64,000 bases of DNA from the IMG/VR virus record IMGVR_UViG_3300020196_000017. One strand, 5' to 3'. Source of the DNA: an uncultured virus (IMG/VR IMGVR_UViG_3300020196_000017) (lineage: Duplodnaviria > Heunggongvirae > Uroviricota > Caudoviricetes). The notes below the pieces were generated by a model. The model was given only the letters and a program-made list of their open reading frames with translations. It had not been told where the DNA came from and searched no databases. Of this stretch, positions 55,349 to 64,000 are shown piece by piece; within the stretch, counting starts at the first letter, position 1; every line of letters starts with the position of its first letter. The translations under genes were made by a program, and so were the position numbers.

Positions 55349-56296
55349 TTAAATTTTACCAGTGGTTGTACTTTGATATTGATTAGTTGTTGGAAGTTTT
55401 GGACGATTTGCTGCAGCAATTGCTTCATTAGTTACATTGCCACCTGCAATTCCTGCCAAAGAACCAGCTAAACCACCAACCATTGCACGTACTGCTTTTT
55501 GACGTGGCGTTCCAGGGGCACGAGCAGCAAGATTTGCAGCAACAGTGCCACCAGCAAAACCACCAACCATTGGAACATTGACAGGGAAACCAAGCATGCG
55601 CAACTCAGGTTTGCCCTCCAAGTTTTCCATTGTTCCTTTAACAATGCCAAGGCCCAACAAACCTTTTTCTTGGTAAAGAAAATTCATGTAGTTACCATAA
55701 CGCTCAGGAGTAAGCGACGGAATTTCTTGTTTTGCCGTAGCGTACTTAAGTGGATCGCCAGTGCGACCAAGAAAAAACCGTTCAAATAACTCTTGAGCTG
55801 GTTGGCCAGTTTGGCGCCGATCTTCTGCACCCTTAGGTGAGTAAGTCTGTGCGTACCCTTTAGGACGAAATTGTTCTTCAGGATTCGTAATATCATAAGT
55901 ACCTGCAGCCGCAATAGCTGGTGCAGCAACCCCAAGTGCTACAGCAGCCCTAGCAGTAGGAGAAGAAAGAACATTTTTATTTACACCAACTTCTACTCCA
56001 CGTTGGGCAATTGCAAGTGGGTGATTCCAACGCCACCAATACGTACGAGTACCATCGTTGGCAACATCAATCAAAGCCCTGGATGTATATGCGCCAAGAA
56101 ATTGGGCCGGTGTTTGCCGAGCACTAATGCCTTGCGCTTTAAGTTCTTTTTTAAATCCTGGACCTAAAACACTTTGCCCATAACCAACTCCTTGTTCTTT
56201 TGCTTTTGCAAGCATACGAACTTGAATATCATCAGCAGTTCTAAAACCCTGAAGATAATTTTGAGCAAGCTGTTGAGCTTGTTGAAAAATATTCAT
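55349..56296 (-). CDS. putative internal virion protein
   Basis: 315 aa with a glycine-zipper-like C-terminus. Confidence 0.6.
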   Translation of the reverse strand: MNIFQQAQQLAQNYLQGFRTADDIQVRMLAKAKEQGVGYGQSVLGPGFKKELKAQGISARQTPAQFLGAYTSRALIDVANDGTRTYWWRWNHPLAIAQRGVEVGVNKNVLSSPTARAAVALGVAAPAIAAAGTYDITNPEEQFRPKGYAQTYSPKGAEDRRQTGQPAQELFERFFLGRTGDPLKYATAKQEIPSLTPERYGNYMNFLYQEKGLLGLGIVKGTMENLEGKPELRMLGFPVNVPMVGGFAGGTVAANLAARAPGTPRQKAVRAMVGGLAGSLAGIAGGNVTNEAIAAANRPKLPTTNQYQSTTTGKI

Positions 56297-56850
56297 GACT
56301 GTCTCATTGCTTGCAGCACTTCAGGTGGAAGTGTTACCCCAGGATAATGAAGCGTTTGTTCCACGCCTTGCATTTGAAATTGCGTACCAGGAGCCAGCGC
56401 TTGTTTCTGAAGGTTATTGATTTGCTGACGTTGAACTGCTTGTTGATAAATTTGTTGCTCTTGTGAAATATTCGTAGGTTCTACAATTTGAGCATTTTGA
56501 TACAACGCACCTTGAGTTGCTAAATCTACCAAAGGCATTGAGGCAAGAGATGCACCCAGGTTAATTGCTTGTTCTGGCCCAGAAGGTTGATACGCAAGTT
56601 CCTTGGTAATTGTTTTACCAGCTGGTGTTTTAATTGTTGCAGTACCAGCAGGAGTGCCTGGAAATGTTTTACGCGCTAATCCAACAAGTGGATAGTTAAG
56701 CAAAAAATCTCCAGCCGCATATGCTGCACCAGCAACAGGACCGCCCGTTAATGTGCCAACGGCAAAGTTAAGAGCTGCGCCGGGCAGCGCTGCTTTAGCT
56801 GCCTGACGTGACGTTTGACTTGCTAATAATTGACCCAGTCCCGCGAGCAT
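56293..56850 (-). CDS. putative internal virion protein
   Basis: 185-aa Ala/Gly/Gln-rich ORF. Confidence 0.55.
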   Translation of the reverse strand: MLAGLGQLLASQTSRQAAKAALPGAALNFAVGTLTGGPVAGAAYAAGDFLLNYPLVGLARKTFPGTPAGTATIKTPAGKTITKELAYQPSGPEQAINLGASLASMPLVDLATQGALYQNAQIVEPTNISQEQQIYQQAVQRQQINNLQKQALAPGTQFQMQGVEQTLHYPGVTLPPEVLQAMRQS

Positions 56851-56880
56851 ATCTTGTTTTATTTTTTATTTTACGGCAAG

Positions 56881-57525
56881 TCAGTCAATCGTTTTACCAG
56901 GGGGAACATTTGATTCTTTACTTTCATCAGCAACAGTAATTTCTCCTTCTCTTTCATCTTGCTCGCGTTGAACTAAATCTTTACGCTCTAAGAGTTGAGA
57001 CACAGAAAGATTGTTTTCACTTTCGTTTTCAGCACGTTGTTCCGCAATAGACATTAAGTATCCATTCGGATCAGGGTTCTTTAACCGAGGCATTGGATTT
57101 TTAGCTATTTTGCCAGGGTTAATGGTGGGGCTAATGCGATAAGCTTCCACCCAGGCAGGATTAAAGTCTGGTTGGCTTTGTGGGCGCTGGGAAGTCCTTG
57201 CTCTTCCTTCTTCAAAGTCATAATCTTCAGGACGATTAAACCGACCTAGTCCCTCAAATAACTGATAACTTTCATTTACAGCTTTGTTGTTATCAAAAAA
57301 GGGAGAATTAGGAATAAAGTTGAGATCTGGATTTAACTGACGTTTACGCGTCATCATCCGCTTGACGAGATCTACTTCGTCAAAACGAGATGGATTCCAA
57401 GGATATTGACCTGTAGTTGGCTTTGAACGAAAAATATCATCAAAGTCAAGCTTGCGAGAAACTTGACCTTTACTGTTAAATGGGTTGGTTATATATCGAC
57501 CAAGATCTAGGCGTTGGTCTCTCAT
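56881..57525 (-). CDS. hypothetical protein
   Basis: 214-aa ORF, TAATG-coupled. Confidence 0.6.
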   Translation of the reverse strand: MRDQRLDLGRYITNPFNSKGQVSRKLDFDDIFRSKPTTGQYPWNPSRFDEVDLVKRMMTRKRQLNPDLNFIPNSPFFDNNKAVNESYQLFEGLGRFNRPEDYDFEEGRARTSQRPQSQPDFNPAWVEAYRISPTINPGKIAKNPMPRLKNPDPNGYLMSIAEQRAENESENNLSVSQLLERKDLVQREQDEREGEITVADESKESNVPPGKTID

Positions 57526-57740
57526 TAGCCTTTAGACTTTTTCTTTTTCAATCCTACCAACGTTTTACGAAGCCGCGCTTGCTTCACGGTTTTTTCATCG
57601 TATTTGCTTGGGTTTGCAAGAACATTTTCCTGCAGTTGAGCAGTTGTAATACCTTTCTTTTTGGCTTTAGCAGTAAAGGCGCCTTCTTTTATTTCCGCAC
57701 CTTGAATCCACTTTTTATCTTTCTTTTTTTCTTCAGCCAT
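57525..57740 (-). CDS. small basic phage protein
   Basis: KKWIQGAEIKEGAFTAKA...KQARLRKTL. Confidence 0.65.
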   Translation of the reverse strand: MAEEKKKDKKWIQGAEIKEGAFTAKAKKKGITTAQLQENVLANPSKYDEKTVKQARLRKTLVGLKKKKSKG

Positions 57741-57742
57741 GA

Positions 57743-59662
57743 TTAAATGTTCCGTCCAAGTTGACGACGCAAGAAATCTTGCGGATCACGTCCTTCGATT
57801 CTAGCTCTACGCAATACTTCACTTACTGCAATACTTTCTTTAGCAACTTGACGACGATCAAGTTCTCTTTGAATTGCAGCAGCACCTGACTTGGTAGATT
57901 GCCCCAAGGCTCTAGTTAAACCTTCTGTTGTTACACCCGAGTATGGTGTTGCTTCTTGTTTTGCAATCCACTTGGGAACGTCGGTTGGTTTACGTGTTGC
58001 AGCAGCCGAATATTGTCCCGTTACTTTGCTCATAGCACCAGGTACATAGCCAGCCTCTTGTCCATAAATACCCATACCAGCAGAACCACCAGGGATTTCA
58101 GGCAGTGGTGCTCGATTTAAAATACTGTATTTAATTTCTTGTTTTGATTGTTGCGTTGTCGGCAAGTCCGGTGGCATTGCACCAGTGACTCTTAAAGCGC
58201 CTGGAATATCTTGTCCCGTTTCCATGGGAACACCTGGGACTAAGGGGTCGCCAGTACCAAAGAGTTGACGTTCTTCAACTTTAGGTAAAACTTCTTGCAA
58301 ACTAGGCGATGCACCACGAATAGCGGTACCAACAGCCGTCGACTCAATCTGTGCTTCAGGCCCAATGTTTACAAGGGTCGTTTCAGAAGGTCGCCCGGTT
58401 AAACCAGGGATGCGTTCTGATTCCGGCACTTCTTGAATACTGGCTGCTTCCACTGCTTTACGCACTGTGGTTGGAAGAGAGATGTTCTGACGAAACTCTT
58501 CAGTGCCAGGCTGTAATCCCGCTTTAGATGCCCAACCTTCTGCCAATGCACGTTCAAAGCGAGTAGTACCAGGGCGCAAACCGCGCTCAACTAACTCTTG
58601 ACGCCGTTGCATCATTTCAGTTTTGGCAATATCCGCTAATTCTTGCGATGACAGTGAACGTGCTTGCTCAATTTGATCAACCGGAAGACCATCTGGAAGT
58701 TGAGACGCAACTTGATTAATAGGACCATCGTCCACATAACCAATCATCTGTGATGGCTCTGCTTCTGCCATCATGCGTTGCCGTTCTGCTTCAACAAAAT
58801 CTTCTAAGAAACTAATCTCACCAAGATCATTGTCTTCATTTTGTTGAAGACTGTGCATAACCCGACCAGTTTGTTGATCTTCTGCAGATTCAACAGCATT
58901 AAATTTTTGATCAGCAATTAATGGTTGTTGAATTTTTTGTGAATCAGTCAATGTTTCTGCTGGTGCTAATGACCCAGTAGATTCAAGATATGCACGAGGA
59001 TTAAACCCTTCAGCGCCAGAAGAACGAATTTCAGTTAAAACATCATCAACTTGACGTTCAATACCTTGAACTTGTGCAGCTTGCCGCCGCATTTCTTGTT
59101 GAGTAGCGCGACCGGTTTCCAAACGCTTTGCTTGTTCATACTCTGGTGCGTACTTTTGAATAATGTCGTACGCAACATCGGAACCCAAAAGGTTTTGCGG
59201 TACAACTGAAACGTTGACTGGAGTTACGGCTTGAGTTTTAGGGGTATAAGGTAAATCCCAAGGACTTGGTGCAGCTTGTTGAGAAACAGATGGTTGAACA
59301 ACAGGTTCTTTAGAGGGAGGAGGAGTTGTTTCTTGTACAACACGACGAACTGGTGACACTTCAGCCCCCATTTCCGCCAAGTCAACCTGACGAACACCAG
59401 CAGTTGCGGACTTTGCGGGACCACGGAGTAAACGACGACCGGCAATGGTGGCTCCTACGCCTCCAGCAAGAGCTAAACCTACGCCAATGCCGACTGATAG
59501 TGGATCAAACCCCTTTGATTCTTGCGATTCAGGTGCTTTGAGCTGATTACGACGGAATTCCAGTACTTCTGGCGCCATCTGAGCCCTTTCTTCTGGCGAT
59601 TCGGGGACAGGAACCCCGGTTGCGCGACTATATGCGTAAAAATCAGCCGGAGAAATGGCCAT
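57743..59662 (-). CDS. large low-complexity protein, first gene of the late (-) module
   Basis: 639-aa ORF with one hydrophobic helix; TAGAAT at 59697-59702. Confidence 0.7.
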   Translation of the reverse strand: MAISPADFYAYSRATGVPVPESPEERAQMAPEVLEFRRNQLKAPESQESKGFDPLSVGIGVGLALAGGVGATIAGRRLLRGPAKSATAGVRQVDLAEMGAEVSPVRRVVQETTPPPSKEPVVQPSVSQQAAPSPWDLPYTPKTQAVTPVNVSVVPQNLLGSDVAYDIIQKYAPEYEQAKRLETGRATQQEMRRQAAQVQGIERQVDDVLTEIRSSGAEGFNPRAYLESTGSLAPAETLTDSQKIQQPLIADQKFNAVESAEDQQTGRVMHSLQQNEDNDLGEISFLEDFVEAERQRMMAEAEPSQMIGYVDDGPINQVASQLPDGLPVDQIEQARSLSSQELADIAKTEMMQRRQELVERGLRPGTTRFERALAEGWASKAGLQPGTEEFRQNISLPTTVRKAVEAASIQEVPESERIPGLTGRPSETTLVNIGPEAQIESTAVGTAIRGASPSLQEVLPKVEERQLFGTGDPLVPGVPMETGQDIPGALRVTGAMPPDLPTTQQSKQEIKYSILNRAPLPEIPGGSAGMGIYGQEAGYVPGAMSKVTGQYSAAATRKPTDVPKWIAKQEATPYSGVTTEGLTRALGQSTKSGAAAIQRELDRRQVAKESIAVSEVLRRARIEGRDPQDFLRRQLGRNI

Positions 59663-59765
59663 TTGCAGTTATTACGGGTACTTTTGACCTGTTGTCATTC
59701 TATTGTTGACAAATCTTAAGTGTGCCGCCGTTATAGTAAGAGAAATGTGGTTGTAAGTTCCAGGG

Positions 59766-59978
59766 ATGGACGCTGGTACTAGGCAAAAACGGGTTGAAGC
59801 CCTTGAAAAAATCAAAGACCGTGCCGTAAACATGGCAAAAGAAGGAAGAGATTCCTTTGAGGTACGAGATTTTGTTACTAAAGCCAAAAAAGAATTGGCA
59901 TATGAGCTTCCAGATGAGGAAGCTTTTACAAAAGCTATGAATGCAACGTTGGCTTATAAACGCAAAAGCAACAAATAA
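59766..59978 (+). CDS. hypothetical protein
   Basis: 70-aa ORF followed by a terminator. Confidence 0.6.
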   Translation: MDAGTRQKRVEALEKIKDRAVNMAKEGRDSFEVRDFVTKAKKELAYELPDEEAFTKAMNATLAYKRKSNK

Positions 59979-60003
59979 GTAAAAAACAACATAAATTTTA
60001 ATC

Positions 60004-60029
60004 GCGGAGTTTAACCACTCCGCTTTTTT
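60004..60029 (+). terminator. probable intrinsic terminator
   Basis: GCGGAGT-TTAACC-ACTCCGC followed by TTTTT. Confidence 0.65.
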
Positions 60030-60206
60030 GGCTGGTTTTTTGGGCTAATTAGGGAAAATAATTACAAAAATTGTTTTTATTTTAAAGACTGGCCCGTATA
60101 TCTACCAGGTTGGGGTGATAGTTACTTTACTCTTCTCCACCCGCCCGTCCGAATGTGAATGTGGAGAGAAAAAAAAGAAAGGGCGGGGGTATGTGAAATG
60201 TAGGAG

Positions 60207-60329
60207 CCTGACTACGTTTAGTGAAGGTTACCTGACTACGTTGTGAGGATTCTGAAGGAAGCCTGACTACGTTGGATGGTTACTGTAGGTTACCTGACTA
60301 CGTTTAGAGGAAGGATACCTGACTACGTT
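60207..60329 (+). repeat. five direct repeats of CCTGACTACGTT
   Basis: Exact copies start at 60207, 60231, 60262, 60293 and 60318. Confidence 0.9.
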
Positions 60330-60820
60330 TAGAGGAATGAGAGATTCTATCGCGAAGGACGAAGGAAGTCAGGCGAGTTTACATTAATCTTTCCAATTCA
60401 CAAGGTTAAGTATTAACTACGTTTCACACCGAGCGGGCTACGACCCGCTCTTATCTGTCTACGTTATGCGTCACTGCGCATATACACATAGCGATTGGTT
60501 ACATATCTGATCAATTGCTTCGTTTGATACGAATTCGTATCACCATTTCGCTCTAATACGGTACAAAATCAATGCTTAGCGCTCCGCTCCGCTGGAAGTG
60601 CGTTATAGAACGGTGTAGAAATTGGGGGTTGACACGCCCTAATTTTCGTTTGTTTATTGATATTACTTGGCTTTCACTTCGCCAGAGGTGATGTAAGCCC
60701 AATGTGCACTAGGGCTTAGGCCCTCTCGCAGGGTTAGAAGCCCTGAACTTCCACAGGTTTAGGCCTGCCAACTAACTTCTGCCCTTTGCGGAGATAGGCA
60801 CCGCACTATTGGAGTAGACC

Positions 60821-60988
60821 ATGTCGGTTTACGTTGTTATCCTCTGTGATCTGTACCAGGATCACTTCAATATACGGAACATCTTGGGTTTATTTGCTAG
60901 CCGTGAAGCGGCTGACAAGTATGTTCAATCCCAAGAACTTGAGGAAGGTGAACGGTTTCTTGTTTATAAGGAATACGTTCGAAACTGA
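60821..60988 (+). CDS. small early protein (55 aa)
   Basis: GGAG SD; MSVYVVILCDLYQDHFNIRNILGLFASREAADKYV... Confidence 0.6.
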   Translation: MSVYVVILCDLYQDHFNIRNILGLFASREAADKYVQSQELEEGERFLVYKEYVRN

Positions 60989-61102
60989 TCCGTCAAAGCG
61001 GGAGGACAGGTGCAAACCCTGTCCCAGTTATTGCGTAGGTACACACGTACTACTGCGCATCCTGCCCGTAAGGGCAGGCACTCAACTCACTGCATTATCC
61101 TT

Positions 61103-61351
61103 ATGTTTATCTATCAACCCAACCAGTATTCCGACGATCGTGTCGTATGGTATGGCGGTGAATCGACTCAGCTCCATTACGAGAAGGAATGTGTTGATGA
61201 CAACGGCTGTCCTGAATGGAGAGGTGTTGCAGTACGTCCTTTTGGTAATGGGCTTCCCAGTGGCATGTCAGAAATGCATGCTGAGCTAGTTGATTACTAC
61301 TGCTATTGCAACACGATGAAGTATGAAAAGAAGTTAGCTATGGCTGACTGA
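61103..61351 (+). CDS. small early protein
   Basis: Likely start ATG 61103 (MFIYQPNQY...). Confidence 0.55.
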   Translation: MFIYQPNQYSDDRVVWYGGESTQLHYEKECVDDNGCPEWRGVAVRPFGNGLPSGMSEMHAELVDYYCYCNTMKYEKKLAMAD

Positions 61352-61449
61352 TACTTGATTCCTGCACCTACCCATTACTTTTAACAAGAGGTGATGGGTT
61401 TCTGCAGGCTTCACACCTGCACAACTCAACTCAACCCAACAGAAGTCCC

Positions 61450-61692
61450 ATGACTCCTAAAGCTGTTGAACGTCTTCTCACTCAAGAAGCTCGTCTTCTT
61501 GCACGTCGAGATACTCCTTTCATTGACCAAGAAATTGAGAGTCAGCGTCAAGCTGCTCTTGATGTCTTTTATCAGTGGCAAGATGGCTTGGTACAGTTCC
61601 AGGACATTGTTCCTTTTTGCGTGGTGCTCGAACGTAAAGTTCGTCTGAACCATGATCTTATTAGATGGGAACTTAACCATCTGATGGATTGA
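61450..61692 (+). CDS. small early protein
   Basis: 80-aa ORF flanked by hairpins. Confidence 0.6.
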   Translation: MTPKAVERLLTQEARLLARRDTPFIDQEIESQRQAALDVFYQWQDGLVQFQDIVPFCVVLERKVRLNHDLIRWELNHLMD

Positions 61693-61784
61693 TTTCTGCA
61701 TTTAACCCTTCCCATCCATTGTGATGGGTGGGTTTACTGCAGAGTTCAACTCTGCTTGTTTACTTACTTAATTCAACTCAACTT

Positions 61785-62183
61785 ATGGCTTACGCTGACC
61801 TCCAAACAATTTCACTTGTTGGTCGCATCGCTGATCTCACCGTCATTAAGACGGAAGATGAGCGTAACTGCCTCATTGTCACCCTGTATCACCGCATCTC
61901 ACCAGATGCACTAATCACTGTTAAGTTCCTTAACTCCAACGGATTGCTCACTGCTTACACCAATGACAACTTGGTTGTAGGACAAGAACTTACCGTCGTT
62001 GGTAAAATTCAAGCCATTCGTTCTTTCTACATGAAAGACGATGAACTTACTCCGCTCAAGCAACCAGAGTTCCAACTGAAAGTCATCGACTATGCTTTTG
62101 GTTCCAAGCCTCAACCAAAGGCCGAACCCAAAGCTACCAAGAAGACCAAAGCTCAGCCTACGCTTGAGCCAGTGGAACTCTAA
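61785..62183 (+). CDS. putative single-stranded DNA-binding (OB-fold) protein
   Basis: ISLVGRIADL...VGQELTVVGKI pattern; likely start ATG 61785. Confidence 0.55.
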   Translation: MAYADLQTISLVGRIADLTVIKTEDERNCLIVTLYHRISPDALITVKFLNSNGLLTAYTNDNLVVGQELTVVGKIQAIRSFYMKDDELTPLKQPEFQLKVIDYAFGSKPQPKAEPKATKKTKAQPTLEPVEL

Positions 62184-62264
62184 TTGACGGTTACACTAAG
62201 GGACTTCGGTCCCTTTCTGTAGCCCTCGATGGCTACACCACTTATTACACATTCACTTCACAAC

Positions 62265-62456
62265 ATGAAACAAGTTATTAAACTACGTCCCAACAGTTAT
62301 GTCCACCTTGATTCCTATGGCGAAGCTAAGGATTCATTTATTGCCAACATGCTGATTACTCTTGTTGTTGTCGGTATTGCTGCAATGACAGGAGCCGCTG
62401 CTGTTGGCGTGGACATTACTAACATTCAACCTATTACTATTCAACAATCCAAATGA
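62265..62456 (+). CDS. small membrane protein
   Basis: MKQVIKL...LITLVVVGIAAMTGAAAVGV. Confidence 0.55.
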   Translation: MKQVIKLRPNSYVHLDSYGEAKDSFIANMLITLVVVGIAAMTGAAAVGVDITNIQPITIQQSK

Positions 62457-62803
62457 CTACTGCCCTTGCATCTCGTTTAGAAACTCTTGCTAATCGCATC
62501 AATCAACTCTTTGTTGCATTGTGTGAGAACTATGCCAAGAGCAATGCCGGTAGTAAGTATTACCATCCGGATCAACTTAGTTTTGAAATCGTTTCAGGAA
62601 CTAAGTACCACAAAATTGTCATGCACCACCAGGGCAGTCGATCTGTCCATGCGTTTGTCCACAAACAATCTGGTGCTGTCTACAAACCTGCTAGCTGGAA
62701 ATCACCAGCTAAACACGTGCGTTACAACTTGCTTGATGACGCATCGTTCGAGGATTGCCTCAAGCGTGCTGACTGGGCAGGTGGGTATTTATACCTACCG
62801 TAA
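62453..62803 (+). CDS. conserved hypothetical phage early protein
   Basis: SVHAFV...GAVYKPASWKSPAKHVRYNL...DWAGGYLY. Confidence 0.7.
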   Translation: MTTALASRLETLANRINQLFVALCENYAKSNAGSKYYHPDQLSFEIVSGTKYHKIVMHHQGSRSVHAFVHKQSGAVYKPASWKSPAKHVRYNLLDDASFEDCLKRADWAGGYLYLP

Positions 62804-62862
62804 GCCCCAGCTTTGCACACTAGCAAATCCTCGCTATCCTATCAACGTTCCCAACTCATACC

Positions 62863-63297
62863 ATGGAACTTCTATCCCAGCTTGACGTTCAGAACCCTGA
62901 TCACGTCAGCGTTATTACCCGGTCTGGTCGTGTCATTATCTCCGTTCGTAAGAATGGATCTGATGTGACTGTCGGTTTTCCCGTCAACACATCAATCTTT
63001 GACACTACCCCCAGACCCCCGCTGGCACAATCAGCGCCAGCACCTAAACCTATTAGAGACGAACTACGTCAGAAACGTATTGAATCAGCTGCCGCTCGTA
63101 TGAGTAAAGCTGCTCGTTTTAATACCAAACTCACATTGCAATCAGCACGTCAAATTAAAGACATGCTGGTAGACAAAGAGATTATGGCTAAGTTCAGGTC
63201 TAGGCACCAAGCTCATTTGCAAATTGCACAAGCCTATGGTGTGAGCGTTCATGCCATTAGGGCAATTGACAAAGGTACGGCTTGGAAATCTGCCTGA
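62863..63297 (+). CDS. hypothetical protein with C-terminal HTH-like segment
   Basis: IAQAYGVSVHAIRAI..GTAWK. Confidence 0.6.
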   Translation: MELLSQLDVQNPDHVSVITRSGRVIISVRKNGSDVTVGFPVNTSIFDTTPRPPLAQSAPAPKPIRDELRQKRIESAAARMSKAARFNTKLTLQSARQIKDMLVDKEIMAKFRSRHQAHLQIAQAYGVSVHAIRAIDKGTAWKSA

Positions 63298-63429
63298 CTT
63301 ATGCCACGTCTTGGGCAGGCGAAGCGTAATGTTTAATCAATGGACTCACTTGGATTTATCCCAGTGGGTCCTACACACCTTCGGTGACGTTAAACTGCCT
63401 ATTCTTTTTGGCTACACAGCATTCAACTC

Positions 63430-63582
63430 ATGGATCTTAATCAATTCGAAAATGACATTCCATCTGATGCACTTGATGCATTAGCTGATCTTGCTTATTT
63501 TCAACGTCAAGCAATGATGGAAGAACTCATTACTCAACCATCTACAACTCATGAAACCATCCTCTACTCCCCAACAACATGA
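63430..63582 (+). CDS. small acidic protein (50 aa)
   Basis: MDLNQFENDIPSDALDALADLAYFQRQ... Confidence 0.45.
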   Translation: MDLNQFENDIPSDALDALADLAYFQRQAMMEELITQPSTTHETILYSPTT

Positions 63583-63651
63583 CATAGTTTTGGTATTGAT
63601 ATTCATTATCATTACCAGCGTTCAGCTCTTCATTCAATTCATTGCAGAACT

Positions 63652-64000
63652 ATGGCATTTCATCCAGTTACCCAAGAAATCGCAGAAGCTTTCGGCTATG
63701 AACCCATGTCCGAAGCTGAGCGTAATCAACAATTCCAGCTCACTCCAAACTACGACTCCATTCAAGACGGAGTCCCAAAAGCTGGAAGTATCTATCTCAA
63801 CAAATGCGGAGTCTATCGCTATTACTGGATCCCAGAAGGTGACAACTACACCGACGAAGAGAAAGGTGACCTCCAAGGCTGGTACGATATCCCGCTCAAC
63901 GAAGACATCGAAGACTGGTGTTTCGATTCCTGCGCTTTCACGCCAGCGGAAGATGAAGTCGAACCTGACCACCCAGACAGCTGGCTTAGGCTTCTCGGTT
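63652..64000 (+). CDS. acidic hypothetical phage protein (runs off the window edge)
   Basis: MAFHPVTQEIAEAFG...DWCFDS...VEPDHPDSWLRLLG, open to the window end. Confidence 0.6.
   Translation, partial: MAFHPVTQEIAEAFGYEPMSEAERNQQFQLTPNYDSIQDGVPKAGSIYLNKCGVYRYYWIPEGDNYTDEEKGDLQGWYDIPLNEDIEDWCFDSCAFTPAEDEVEPDHPDSWLRLLG

Noticed and set aside
59706..59737. Canonical sigma70 promoter TTGACA...TATAGT
   Set aside because: Spacer is 20 bp, too long for a standard -35/-10 pair
60207..60329. Mini CRISPR array
   Set aside because: Repeat is only 12 bp, spacers are 12-19 bp and resemble each other, and there are no cas genes; the exonuclease lacks a Cas4 Cys cluster
60660..61080. tRNA genes
   Set aside because: Hairpins and one T-loop-like arm, but no full cloverleaf with D and anticodon arms
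60834..61289. 151-aa ORF on +
   Set aside because: Crosses structured intergenic DNA; two shorter ORFs (60821-60988 with SD, 61103-61351) explain the region better
1..64000. Alternative genetic code or stop-codon reassignment
   Set aside because: Long genes are intact under the standard code and all three stop codons end well-supported genes

Overview
This 64-kb window is part of a tailed dsDNA phage genome, most likely a cyanophage. The host inference rests on an HLIP-like gene, an NblA-like gene, a CP12-like mini-gene and an intron core resembling the cyanobacterial tRNA-Leu intron. I saw no tail sheath, tail tube or tape-measure gene, so a podovirus-like virion is plausible. Layout: 0-5.9 kb (-) small basic proteins and a sugar-modification cluster. 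5.9-14 kb (+) PD-(D/E)XK exonuclease, prim-pol/SF3 helicase, glycosyltransferase, a long palindromic non-coding region and a His-Me endonuclease. 14-25 kb (-) endolysin, two paralogous fibre/chaperone pairs and Thr/Gly-repeat fibres. 25-29 kb (+) HTH protein, divergent MTase-like protein, dCTP deaminase, DUF3310. 29-59.7 kb (-) structural module with lysozymes, capsid, scaffold, portal, TerL and probable ejection proteins. 59.7-64 kb (+) a repeat-rich non-coding region and small early genes. The best-supported novelty is an 821-nt group I intron interrupting the major capsid gene after codon 4, with an antisense HNH homing endonuclease in its P1 loop. Other candidates are a repeated two-state hairpin motif between early genes, a circularly permuted M23 peptidase, conserved junction blocks between the fibre paralogues, and long dual-frame overlaps. 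All family assignments come from motifs recognised by eye, not from database searches.
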